Source: Saccostrea echinata (lineage: Eukaryota). From it: a DNA stretch of 64,000 nucleotides. Position numbers and translations under genes: made by a program. Below are positions 46,297 to 59,443 of this stretch, piece after piece (position 1 is the stretch's first letter; each line of letters starts with the position of its first letter). Location of the stretch: the NCBI RefSeq assembly GCF_033153115.1, contig NW_026889782.1, positions 25,730,001-25,794,000 on the forward strand, given 5' to 3'. The notes beneath the pieces were generated by a model. It was not told the DNA's origin. It worked only from the letters and a program-made list of their open reading frames with translations, and did not search any database.

Positions 46297-48785
46297 TTAA
46301 TAAGGCATATTTCCATAATGATGGCGAATAAAATCAAGATATTACATGAATTGTCTAATTAATCTTCGAGGAAAGATTCTAAATGATTCAAATGCTACAA
46401 AACGCGGTCCACTCCGACGACGACTCCTCTAAATGTATCACAAAATGTGTTTTTAAAACAGCCACAGCATTTTTATTTTAAAACGGAATATTTTTACATT
46501 CGACTGGCCTTTGATATCCCAGACACAGTCGGTTGGTGTTTTATACATGTACAAGGACATATATAGACTCCCCCCCCCCCCCCCCAAAATATGATACTAG
46601 CATATAGTTGCGGATCGTCAGTTTCCAAGCACCTGTGACATGCTTACATGATATGCACAAAGGGGAATAACTCTAATATTTTAGAATCACTCAAGAATTT
46701 TGTCGTCACAGTTCACCTGTGTATAATCAAACAAGATTATTCAAATAATATGAGATGTATGTATGTATAATCATGTTCATGTATAATATGTATAATAATT
46801 ATTAATTATTCTTGTACTATATGGGTAAGATATTGTCAGGATCCACCACCAAGGTGACGCAATATGTGACGTAATCAACTAAAAAAAAACAAGGGAAAAG
46901 GGGAGGTTGTGGTGTTTGTTGACTGTTTTCGTATGGACAGTACATGACAAAGTGAGTTTTTTTAATCAGTTATATACCTGTAATTCTGTTGATAATGCCT
47001 GCGACCTTCTAGTCCTATGGCCGATTATTGGGTCAAGTAAATCCACGATTTGTTTTATTGATTCCTTTCCAAATCGATACCGCCTCCGAATTTCCTCTTC
47101 ACTCATGTTTTGTACGGAAAAACGTTCTCTAAAAACCCTATCCACTCTTCTTCTACCCAACTGACCAAACATTACGTTGGCCGCCATTGTTATTGAGCGT
47201 TTAAAGAAGCCCTCTTGGCTTCATTAAAATTAGAGAAGTTAATGAAGCTTTAATGCATCGATTCGTTCATTAAAACATTGATACAACGGAATTTAATGAC
47301 ACATTAAAAATGATCAGTTTAATGAAGCTTTAATTATTCATTAAATATTGATACAACCGGATCCTGACTACCTAACTTTTGATGATGTAATCAAAGCTTA
47401 AATAAGTAATTATGACGTCATAATATCTTATATTCATATTAATACAATTTGCCGTAAAATTTGCTTTCAAATGCAGTTTTTGTGACGGATATGGTGACAG
47501 AAGAAAAGACACACCTATGAGACCAAGGACTGGACGGTCAGATGAAAATATCGAAATGGTGAAGACAATCATCCAAGAAACACCACAGAAATCAGTGAGA
47601 AGAATATTTGGAGAACTTGATTCAAACATTAGTTCCTCATCATTTTATGGAATTTTGAAATATGACTTAAAATCATCACCTTATAAAATTTCGATAAACC
47701 AGTATCTGAAAGATACCGATATTTCCTCCCTTCTTTGTTTTGCTAAGTGGTTGTTGAAAAACATTTCTTAACCAACGTCATATGGTTCTCAGATGAAGCA
47801 CATTTTACACTTAACCCTTTCGACGCCGAATACGGTTACGTCTGTAACGTCATGAATGCCATACTATGACGTCAATCTAGACGTAAAGTAATTGCTTCAG
47901 AAAAAAAACGTCAAATTGATCATGAAACGAGCACCTGTATAACCAAGGTAATAGGATGTTCATTGTTTTCGTGGAAAATGCAAAAATGCATGTTATGTAG
48001 TTATGTTATATTCATTCCAATAATTTTTTAATCGGCGTAAAGTAAATTTAGCAAATATTTGGCGTCGGAAGCAAATTAAAAGGGGGGGGGGGGGCTAATT
48101 GAAAGAGAAAAAAAATCTGAAAATAAACTTGACGAGCAAAAATAAATAAATAAATAAAATGAATAAATAAATTGGAAAATTGTTCAAACCCAAAAATCCT
48201 ATTTAGGGGGAGGGGGGGGGTTAAGATCGAACTTCAGTACCAATTTTTTTTTTCAAACAGTACCACTTAGCCTTCGATCTTTGACTACACTGAAACGTTC
48301 CTGTTAAAAGTGTGTGTGTGTGGGGGGGGGGGGGGGCTAAATCCACGCCACGATGTTCAATGCCTATATTATGGCTATCTTTGAAAAAAGGGGGGGGCTA
48401 AGCTGCCATCCCCCGGGTCCGCCTATGTATTCCTGTAGCTAGCATTCACAAGGAAAGTCTTTAGAAACTTTTTTAATATTTTTCAAATAATATATTGATA
48501 TTCTGATAAATGCTAAATGTATATTACATATATTTGTAATAAATTTGAATTAAGTAATTAGTTGATCATTTGATTGGTTTTTAAAGATAAACGATAACAA
48601 TATATGTAGTGTTTAAGTTGTTAAAAACATTTATAAATATGACGAACTGATATTTTATAACAGATATTCTCTCTGTAAACTAAATAAGTGCGTAACTTTT
48701 GATTGACAGAGATTGTTTAATGATTAACTTAACTAATATATTTGATTTAGCCACAGTCAGCAAATTTACTCAATGTGTTCAGGTG

Positions 48786-48868
48786 AATTGCTATAATACT
48801 GTCTATTTTTAAAGAACATAAGAAACAGTTTCTTATGTTCTTTAAAAATAGACAGTATTATAGCAATT
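48786..48868. repeat. Perfect 83-bp palindrome (41-bp arms, 1-nt spacer)
   Basis: aattgctataatactgtctatttttaaagaacataagaaac-a-gtttcttatgttctttaaaaatagacagtattatagcaatt. Confidence 0.95.
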
Positions 48869-49055
48869 AGTTAAGACAGCTTTATGACAGACGCCAGCCC
48901 TGCTATAAGTAGGTTTAATTCATCCGTAATAAGAATATAAATATACGTAATAAATAATTTTCGCTCTCTCTCTCGCACACACACACCACACTTAGATTAA
49001 ACACAAGGCAGTTTTATTTTGAGTAGAGTAATAGTTTGTCATATCTGTGTTCCAA

Positions 49056-52000
49056 TTACTCCTCAAACTTGATCCTCGTGTGAAATTTCCTAAAGCATCC
49101 TTCTACACAGGGTCCGACCCTGCAGTCCTCACACCACCACTGAATTCTTGTTTTCCTGAATCCACCTCCATACCCCACAAACAGCACATCTCTTACGCTT
49201 ACCATCTGGTATTTTGGACGGAAAGTGCCTCTCAGACAATCTTGCCAAGGTTCTGTGCTGGACTGGTATTATACGCAGCTGTCTGTTCCTGCTACCCTGT
49301 CGAAAACCCCCAATAAGTTCTTGGCAAAGCTGCTGGTGAAGCTTCAGATGGTCCATTTTGTGTTGTACAATGAAGGAATCTCGATAGCAAATATAGGCAT
49401 TTACTACAAGGATATTTAAGATAAAAACATTTCGACATCATAAAAATATTCTACAACAATTTACATTCCGAACAGCTTTAATAAAATACGTTTTGTATGC
49501 ATGGAAGTGTAAGTCAAAACATATACCTGCTGCGGTTACAAGAGAGTGAAATAGGAGTTTTCTCCACATCTTTAAACTCTTGAACTGTGGCTCAAATTGG
49601 AGAATAAGTTGATCTCCGAGATCGACCCCTCCCATCGTAAGATTGTAGGTGTCTATAATGGCAGGGATAGAAACTTCACGACCCTTTCCATTTGTTGTTT
49701 GTATCTGCCTATAAATATGTAACACTTTTAAACTTTACTCCTCCTACAGTTTTGACATCTTTTTAAATATTTTAATAAACTTAGAATAAAAGTGTACTAC
49801 ATGTAACTACTTTTATAAACAAGTGAATTACATGTATCAATTTTTGATGAGAAGCGATTACATGATAAACATAACAAGGTGTAAAATTCTTTCAAAATGC
49901 AACTAGCCATAGTTTTCGTTTGATTTCAATAACATTTGAATATATATAAAGATTCTGAATTTTAAGAGGTAAAAGTAATGTAAAAACTATTACAAACCAA
50001 GGAGAAAATTTTCTTCATCAGTATTTAATTTCTATACAAACCAACAGAGCTACAGTCTCATCAGATACATTAGATTTAGTTACCTCGCGGAACCAGTAGT
50101 GGTCAACAAAGATACAACTCTCCTGTCTGCCCATTGAACAGCCATTACTCCAGCACGGGTTTTAACCTTAACATCTCCTTTCTGCATTATTGCGTTCTTA
50201 AAACTGGAAGGCATATCCTTTCGAGATTTGATCACTGTTCCCGTGCTGTGAGTTTGCTTGTCCAAGAGATCATATACCAGTTTGGGGCTGGTGAAAAAAC
50301 TGTCGAAAGTGACATGATGCTCTTTATAGAAATGTGGTTCCATCAAGTCCATTACTGCCTGATAGCCCTACAACATATACGAGTTTGGGTGATTTTTACT
50401 TAGTGTTCTTTTTTCTGGGGTTGTTGTTGTAAATTCCTCAAGGCACCTTCCTTTTGCTTGTAAATGGTTCTCTGGCTGGCTGCACTCATCCTTTTTGGTA
50501 AAAAAATGCTACGTGTCTGAATGTAATTAATATACTCTCTGACTTTTAAAAATGCCGTCTGCCTAAAAATTCTTTGAGTTAATTTTTTAATCCTAATGTA
50601 TTCCAAGTATTGAATAAATTGACAATTAAAAATTTGCTGCTGTTTGTTTGATTCCTCGAAATAAAATCCCAGTATAGCAAAATATACAAAGAATAAAAAA
50701 AGACGCGGAACAGAGTACATGTCTACCTGTCGTTATTTTTAATCGCAGAAAAACATTTCAAATCTTCATAAGCCTATGTAAATCGATTGGCGGAAAAGCA
50801 GTTTCAAGTTCTCGCGGACAAGCCTACCAAAGTACTCACGGAAAAGCATGCTGCTTGGGTTTTGAAAAAAATTACAGAAAAGCAGGACCACCCGCACAAG
50901 ATCAGCACGCGACTCAACAAACAAACAGCCGGTAATACTTGTAGGATCACTGCATGGAAATATAAATGAAATATCGTGTCAAATACTTTCGTAACAGTTA
51001 CAACTATTATTATTCTGTCAAAAGCACTTACTTGTCCGTTCGGACTGCGTCGCTCATTTCTCCTGCCTTTATAAACGTTTAGGTGATGAGTGTATCCAGA
51101 AATGGAGTCTGATAGCACCCAAAGTTTGATCCCCCATCTGTGTGCTTTCTTATTTGAGATGTATTGCTTGAGTTGATGCCTTCCTTTAAACCCTACAATT
51201 CTTTCATCTACGCAAACATCCCGATTAAGCCTTTATTTGAAAAAAAAAAAATGAAAATCCTAACAGGATAAAATAAAGTGTCAACAGGAAGCTCTCATTT
51301 GTAAGTTTTACTGAATTCTCTAAAAGAAAATTAAAAAAAAAAAACAAAAAATATCTGACATAAAAGTGGGGGATAACTGAAAAAGTCATTTTGATTCAAG
51401 ACAATCACATGACTGTGTTCAACATTAAAAATTTGTCGTTCAAATTTTTATATATGTTTATGTTTATTCACCAATCAAGGCCCCCCAGGAAGCATATACA
51501 ATTATTTCACATTTAAATAATATTGAAATATCATAATATGTTAGAATTTTAATCATTTCTACCAGAGGCACAAATGGAAGATGTACAATACCACAAGTAA
51601 GATACTCGTGAAAATGCCAGTTTTGTAACATATCCGCAATTGTCTGAAACTGGTTCAATAATATTTAGTGAAAAACCTACATATAGAAAATTATAATAAT
51701 AATAGTAGCACAGCAGAAAGAGGCTGGATACAGAGATATATGTAAGAAAATTCTGTTCACATTAATTTATAACTTCAATTTACTTATTCTCCTCGTGAAA
51801 AAAAAAAATTATGCTATATACATGTACATGTACATGTAGTATATTGAAAACATACTTGTAATTTCGGCTGAAAGTTTCGTTCAAAATTTCAATAATTGGT
51901 GAAATTTTGTGTAGAGGATCATAACCAATATCACCAGGTTCTGCTGCAATAGCATTGTCATTGCAATGAAGAAACTGCAGTATGGCTTGAAAACGATTTC

Positions 52001-52493
52001 TAGCCATAATTTTGGAAAAATTAGGAGTTTCCATTGACCACGCACGTGTGTTACTTTCCCAGTAGGATGCATAAGTTGGTTTTTTCACTACTCCCATGCT
52101 CAACACGATGCCCAAAAAAGCCAACATCTCATCTCGAGTTACAGGACACCAATCACGGAACCTGGAATGCGGACCTAAAATCATGGGGGGCCTGCTTCTC
52201 CTTGATATCTCCTGATCTGCGTATCGATTAGTCTCCCTCACAAGAATATCTACAATGTCGTGTTGTTCATACTGGAGAAATTTTGTGAAATACTCCAAAG
52301 CTGACATCCCAGGATAAAAACTGACGGGTCCTGTTTCCTCCCTGAAATCAGGGTCAGGCATGATAAAAGAGTTCGGATCCACTACATTAAACCACGGACC
52401 TCGAAATGTAGTAAATTCTTCATTATCTTCATCATCATCGGAATCAACTATGTCCGAATCTAGGTCAGTAGTTATGTCGGAATGGTGCGCCAT
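49056..52493 (-). CDS. piggyBac transposase (PGBD-like), 5 exons: 51856-52493, 51032-51230, 50084-50367, 49527-49708, 49056-49403; one frameshift near 49172 in the Cys-rich tail
   Basis: ETNRYA, MARNRFQAILQFLH, DPLHKI, CVDE, FKGR, WGIKLW, FDSFFTS, YNLTMGGVDLGDQ, WRKL, and RCAVC...WCEDCRVGPCVEGCFRKFH. GT-AG junctions in phase. Confidence 0.88.
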
Positions 52494-53684
52494 ACTTTAC
52501 TATGTTTATTACAACGCTAGCGTACTCACTCCTAAACTGACGTCATAATTCAACGTCAACGTAAGAAAATATGACGTCATATTAAGACCAGTACATATAC
52601 AAAAATAAAGTCCTATACTTGTGTTAAAATATAGATATTACTGTGTTTAATTACACGTAAGATAAATGGTTGATAAAAGAAAAAGTAAAACATTTATTGA
52701 AAAGCGACATTTTTGTCGGTTTGGCGTTGACACAGTAAACGACATTTATGTCGCTTTGGCATCAAAAGGGTTAATGGACATGTAAACATGCAAAATATGC
52801 GTTTTTGGGGAACTTCAAGACCTGATTTCTATGAAGAGAGACCACTCATAGTCAGAAGATAACAGTCTGGGCGGCAGTGAGCAGTTCCGGTATCATAGGC
52901 CCTTTTTTCTATGAAGAGGATGGTGAAACCACAACCGTAATTTAACATCTCAACGCTACCTGGCTCTTCTGGGAACCAAATTCCTGCCTGAGCTAATGAG
53001 AAGAGGAATAAAAATTAACGAAGTATGGTTTCAGCAAGATGGTTCCACTCCTCACACTGAAAATATTGTGCTTGAATTGCTGTCTCACAGGTTTGGAGAA
53101 ATGTTTATATCCCTTCGCTCAAACATTGAGTGGCTACCACATTCACCCGAACTTAACCCTTTAGATTATTCTATATGGGGATATTTAAAGGATTGTGTTT
53201 ATTCACCTCCCCCACAAGATACAAGTGTTCTGAAAATGGCTATCAGAGGACAAATTACACTTATATCCTTGGACTCTTGCAGAAGTGTTATCAGAAACTT
53301 CAAAGACAGAATGAAACTGGTGACGGGAAAAAAAGGTGGACATTTGGGACACGTTATAAAATGACGTTAGATCAAAATCTGCCTGTAGTGACCATGTTCT
53401 AAAAATGTCTGTCTTTAAAATAAATGATCTTTTTTTTTGAAACTCTTGAATTGATTAAATTGTATAACTTTGTTCTTTATTTTCCCGCAAACTTTCCTTT
53501 CATGAATGCTGCATAACTTTTTTCATAAAACCGCAAAGACGGGACAGGTTTGTTGAAACATCCTGTACTATTTCTTGTCAGCGGCGGTATTTTCCATTGC
53601 TGATTTTTCTCTCAGAGAAGTGATTAGGTCCAAACACTGTTTGGTCTGGGGAAGTGCATAGAAGAGTTGATAAAATCAACTTAT

Positions 53685-56210
53685 TTGGACAATTTAAGGC
53701 TTATTATCATAAAACTTTGTCAGTTGATGCATCTTGAGTCCTCGGAGTACATCAACTGAAAAGAAGTTCATCCTGACCTATTTTTGAGACTTTATGATAA
53801 TATTTTAATATATCAGATACTAATTGTCTTAGACTCATCAATCTTTGTCAGTTGATACATCTTGAGCCTTTGGAGTACAACAACTGAAAAGAAGGTCAAT
53901 ATGACCTACTTTTGAAATTTTATGGTTATATTTAAATATTTCAGGTAATAATTGGTTTAGAATCATTAAACGTTGTTATTTGATGCATCCTGACTCCTCG
54001 AAGTATGTTAACTGAAAATAGGTGATAATGACCTACTTCGGAATTTTCTGCCTATATATAATTATTTCAGATACTAATGAGATAAGAATCATTAAACTTT
54101 GTCAGATGATGCATCTTGGGTCCTCAAAGTACGCTAACTGAAAAGGAGGTTACAGTGAACTACTTTTGAAATTTAACGCCTTCAGGTGATATTTTAATTT
54201 TTGAGATACTAATTTACTTAAAATCATCAAACTCTTTACGTTTATGTATTTTGAGTTCTCAGAATGTGTAAACTTAAAAGTAGGTCACAGTGTCCAACAT
54301 TTAGAATTTCAAGAAAATATCTAAATATTTCAGATAATAAGAGACTTAAAATCATCAGACTTTGTCAGTTGAGGTATGTTTGGGTCACGCTGTATGTTTA
54401 TCAAAAAGGAGGTCATTGTGACCTACTTATGTTATTTCACTGCTATATCTATATATAAGGGGCTTTTAATCATCAAATTTTGTCAGTTGATACCTCTTAG
54501 GCTCTCAGAGTGTTTAAACCAAAATATAAGTCATTATGACATAATTTTGGAATTTTAAGGTTTTTTTAGCTCTTCTGAGCCAAAAGCTCATTTGGCCATT
54601 TGTGCGATGTGCATAAACTTTTTAGAATATGGGCCATAACTCAAGAAACCCTTGGCCAATTATTGTCAAATTTGTCACAGAGTATCCTTGGCTCAAGGGC
54701 TCTCGTTTTCACTAAAACTAGGGTTGTGACCCTTAAACAAGGGAAGATAATTAGGAAATCAGAAGCAAAAGTACTGGTTGCTAAAAAGTCTTCTTCTCAA
54801 GAACCTCTGGGTAGATTATCAGTAAACTTACGCAAAACTTACACAAAAGGATGAGGATGAGGATATGTTGTTGATTAAAATTTGCACGGGATTTACCCTG
54901 GGGCAAAGGGCAAGGTCTCAAGGTACTTTGAAAGTTGACCAAAAATTACATTTTATTAAAATGTTGATATTTTGCTTACTATAAGGACTAGGATCATCAA
55001 ATCTTGACAGTTGATGCAAGAACCCCATAACATATTGACTTAAAAGTAGGTCACGGTGACCTACTTTTTAAATTTTGCTGCCATTCTTTTTCAAAATGAT
55101 TCAGAGGCATATTTTGAACAATTTAAGGCCTATGATCATCAAATTTTGTCAGTTTATGTATCTTGGGTCCTCGGAGTACGTCGACTAAAAGGTAGGTCAT
55201 CATGACCTACTTTTTTAATTTTTGGCTAATCTTTTTCAAAACGATTAATGTCATTAAATCGAATACTTACAGGTTTAGAACCATTGATTCTTGTAAGATG
55301 ATGCATCTTGGAGCCATAAAACAAATTTATTAAAAAGTAGGTCACAGTGACCTACTTTTTGAACTTTGCAGGCATTCAATTTCAAAGCGTTTTAGAGGCA
55401 TAATTTGGACATTTTAAGGCCTATGAGCATCAAACTTTGTAAATTGATGAATCTTGGGTCTTCAGAAAACGTCAACTGAAAAGTAGGTCATCGTGATCTA
55501 CTTTTCAATTTATATGACTATAATTAAATATTTCAGGAACTAATTGGCTTAGAATCATCAAACTTTGTCAGTTGATGCACCTTGGGTCTTCGGTATAGGT
55601 CGACTGAAAAGTAGGTCACCATGACCTACTTTTGAAAAATTATGGCTTTAATTAAATATTTCAGGAACTAATTGGCTTAGGATCATCAAACTTTATCAGT
55701 TGAAGCATCTTGGGTCCGCAGAGCTAGTCGACTGAAAAGGAGGTCACTGTGACCTATTTTTGAAATTTTATGGTTTTATGTAAATATATCAGGTACTTAA
55801 TTATTGGCTAAGAAGCATCAAACTTTGTCAGTTGATGCATCTTGCGTGCTCAAAGTACGTCATCTGAAAAGTAGGTCACTGTGACCTACTTTGAAATTTT
55901 ATGGTTATAATTTTAAAAATATTTTAGGTATTAATTGGCTTAGAATCATCAAACTTAGTTGATGCATCTTGGGTCCTCAGAGAATGACAAGTGATAAGTA
56001 GGTCACTATGACCTACCCTCAGGTACTATTTGGCTTAGAATCATCTTGGGTTCTCAGAGTGTTTCATCTAAAATGTATGGTCATGATGACCTATCTTTGG
56101 AATTTCAAGGGTTTATCTAAATATACAGGATACTAAGAGGCTTCAAATAGAAGTGATAGGTTGCATAGTGTATTAGAAGAGCGATTCAAGGCTCCTGGAC
56201 CTCTTATTTC
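53685..56210 (-). mobile_element. Reverse-orientation copies of the ~120-bp-satellite Helentron-like element (complete copy 54563-56210; older array 53685-54560)
   Basis: Reverse complement of 6849-9880: ttttagctcttctgagccaaaagctca at 54564 and agagcgattcaaggctcctggacctcttatt at ~56180-56209. Confidence 0.82.
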
Positions 56211-57352
56211 TATAGAAATTGGATATTTAGAAGCTTCAAATAGAAATATATACATTTGTGGTATCTCTCTATTATATAAACATGCAGAGAGCAACTATCT
56301 TCATACCTGTATGAAGTTTTTCGAAGGTCATAGGTCATTACCTGACCTAATTACAAAGCGCAGTAATATCTACATAAAAAAGACTTGCTCTACTTAGCAA
56401 TATAGCATGTTTTTAATGCATAAAAATGTACAAAATACACAAGTAAAATAATAATCATTTTATTTACAATGTAAACGAGCATTTAATACAGTTCTTGATC
56501 GATTTTACATAGAGAAAAGAAAACTACATGTTATAAGTTTCATGTCTGAGCTCCAAAGTCTCAACGTTTAACGTTACCCTTATTTTTTCTTGTAGACCTC
56601 TGAATGCAATGATTTTTTTTTTTATTAAACTTCACTAACAATAAATTTTAAAATCTGTTGGAAAATATCAATGTAATGCAATCACGCCAAAAGCAGCTGA
56701 CAAACACTTCGGAAGTTCGATCGGTAGGCACACGTCATTCATCGGGAGCGTTCTCTTAACAATGTAATCTGTCGCCAGTGTCTCCGTGTCAACATCATAA
56801 TAAATACGCCTTACTGAAATCGTAGATTTTATGTTTCTGATCAAATTTTAAACTTGATTTCAAGTTATCTGGTCCGGAAAGTGTCTACATCCATCCCTTT
56901 CCGACCGAAATTCCTCCAACTTTTTATTATCAAACATCGGACGTGTTTCTCATGTTTTTTTTAACATCGATTATGGATTCTCATGAATACAAAAATTCCC
57001 AGACACCAATATGCTCACTATAATTGATCACAAGTAGCCTTTCACAGAATATTCCCTTCAAAACAGAATGCTTTGCTAGATGAATTTGAAGCGTAACCGC
57101 TTTTCAAGCCGATTTACACCTTGCGTAATTTGTCAAAATTTACGACGAACAGTTAGTGCAATATTTATATTCGATTGTCCGTCTGAAATGTATATATAAG
57201 TAATAAATAACAAGTTTAAAAACTTCACTGGGAAATGAAGTGGGTCGGTACGTGATCAAATCTTCTGAAGTGATAGGCTGTGTAATTTATCAGAAGAGCG
57301 ATTCTAGGCTCTTGGGTCCTTTTTTATGGAAACATATTGTGAATATTATATA

Positions 57353-58394
57353 CTAGGGGTTATCAAAAAGTTCGTGGACTGATGCAATATAATTAAAACT
57401 ATGTAGTCTGTGCTTACAAAATTTATAAGGAACATTAAATTGCAAAAGTTTAAGAAATGTTGAAAATTTAAGCTTGAATTTTGCCAAATTATTCTGAAAT
57501 AAAAAAGACATTATACGATCACCCGGAGCTGTCGCCTTTTAGTTTCATGACGTCCGACAACGTCATTGTTTCTCAATGTCCGCTTTCTCTACCTCATACA
57601 CTTATCTTGATGCGATTACCTGAAATTAAGTAACTTAATCCCGTCTTGTTTATATGACTTTAAATTGTCATAAATAGCTGCTTTCAATGCATATAATATT
57701 GTATATGGATCTATGCACATGGAAAGATCCTCACTTGTTTATGTTAGAATACTAAGCTTGATGGAATTCAATTTCTACCACACATGATAAACGTCACTTT
57801 TGGACGTGACTGATTTTTGACACCCTAACTACAAATCGATATTAACTGTGCATCTTTCATGTCTCTGAATCTGTTTTGGTATTTAAAAACAAGCACTCGG
57901 GATGCATTCTATTTTTCTGTAGCCCGTTTAAACATTTTCTAGGTCTATACCAGTTTTTCCAGGTGCGAAACTCTATAGAATGTTGGAAAAAGAAACCCCT
58001 TCCCCCTTTTGACGTCATTTTCAAGTCCTTAATTGTTTGGACACTCCATATAAAATTTATGATAAAATTTCATAGAACTGACGGAATGAGGTAAAAATTG
58101 CAAATTTTACGGAACAATTGTATTGTACGACATGCCTGAATTGACGGGATTTTTTTTATGACAAATGCTCGTATCAAAAGAGTTTTTCTGAATTGGTTGC
58201 GCCGCCGGGACATACCATTGCTCACAAAACCATTAACAATTTATTAAAAATAATAAAATTTATGATTTATGGTTTATTCTATAGATAAAAAAGATGATGC
58301 TAACTAAATGTATTAAAATCCATTACCTAAATTCTTTACCTAAAGTGGTTTTAATTTTATGGTGCTAGTCCACGAACTTTTTGATAACCCCTCG
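57353..58394. mobile_element. Tc1/mariner-type MITE (TA TSD)
   Basis: TA|ctaggggttatcaaaaagttcgtggact ... agtccacgaactttttgataacccctcg|TA. Confidence 0.85.
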
Positions 58395-59397
58395 TACTTG
58401 ATATCTAAATATTCTCAAAATCATAACGATTACAATATCTGAATATCTGCATACTTGCACTACATATAAATGAGACATAAAAACACAAATAGATATGGAT
58501 AATTCTTCGGACGATAAATACGAGTTATTCAACAAGGATATTTTCAAAATTGTATTATTTTAGTCATCAACGTCGAGTTTACATGTAGGAAAGTGCACAT
58601 GGACCAGTGATGATGAAACAGTTTTCAGAATTTTGGCTTAAGCAGAACTAAGAGGCTATGGAACGAATAATTGTAATCTGGACTCTTAAGAATATGCGGT
58701 CGTTTCAGCCTGCTTTAATATTTTTTTACCTACCTATCCTATTTCAATACCATTTTTACCTTTTTAAGATGGAAAAAAAATCATTTTTTTGTCGCTAATT
58801 TATCTTCACATTGTGAAATAAAACCAATTGAAATACCAATTTGATTATACAGATAATTTACAGTATTTAACTAAGATACCTTACTTGTACACACTAAGAT
58901 TTCTAAATGGTTAAATACTATGATACTGGACAGGAAATTTAACAAAACGATAAGAAAAACGCTGAGATAGTTAAGTCAAACAAATTATCTAGAGTCTGAT
59001 TTTCATGATAACCATTCTTCAATGGGTATAAGAAAAAGAAAAACCCAGACGTAGACCCATAAAATTAATATCATTTAAGTAAATTATATTCCTTAAACAA
59101 GGGTTGTTGTTGTACGAGGAAAAAATTGCATAAAATCAATTATGCATTTTTTTATATTCCTAAGGATCTATGCACATATTCAAAGTTCATGTCTTGTAAT
59201 GCTTCATGTCTGTCTTTAAAATACAATAAAAGAATTACATGGGGTATATATAATATTAAAGAATTGAGTAATTTTTAAAAATCATGACAATACAATTATT
59301 ATTTAAAAATATTAATAATCGATTGCCTCGTAATAAAGTTCAATGTTATTGGAATTATTGTTTTTCTTTTCTTTTTTTCTCTCTCTCTTTCTTTCTT

Positions 59398-59443
<46 letters not shown>

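Larger units (their letters stand above)
41904..47187 (-). pseudogene. Harbinger (HARBI1-like) DDE transposase (exons 46978-47187, 42627-42957, 42181-42504, 41904-42061); in-frame TAG at 42871-42873
   Basis: [74 protein letters not shown] and ACAVLQN. All junctions are GT-AG and in phase. Confidence 0.9.
38701..47363. mobile_element. PIF/Harbinger transposon (Myb/SANT gene + DDE transposase, convergent)
   Basis: TIR gat(t/c)cggttgtatcaa, TSD CTG at 38698-38700 and 47364-47366, subterminal ttaatga repeats, and two coding units. Confidence 0.9.
47815..52770 (-). mobile_element. piggyBac transposon, full length
   Basis: TTAA|ccctttcgacgcc ... ggcatcaaaaggg|TTAA. Excision restores the host mariner reading frame HFTL-NGHVN. 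Confidence 0.93.
47484..53364 (+). pseudogene. DD41D transposase pseudogene split by piggyBac (pieces 47484-47814 and 52775-53364)
   Basis: RPRTGRSDENIEMV...SVRR, WFSDEAHFTL|NGHVNMQNMRFWG, VWAAVS...IIGPFF, WFQQDG-(41 aa)-DY in WLPHSPELNPLDYSIWG. N-terminus missing; frameshifts present. Confidence 0.88.
38510..53565 (+). mobile_element. DD41D (rosa/Visitor) Tc1/mariner element, outer member of a nested stack
   Basis: TA|cagcgtatttcaacaaacatgtcccgacttt ... aaagacgggacaggtttgttgaaacatcctg|TA. Transposase pieces at 47484-47814 and 52775-53364. Confidence 0.85.
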
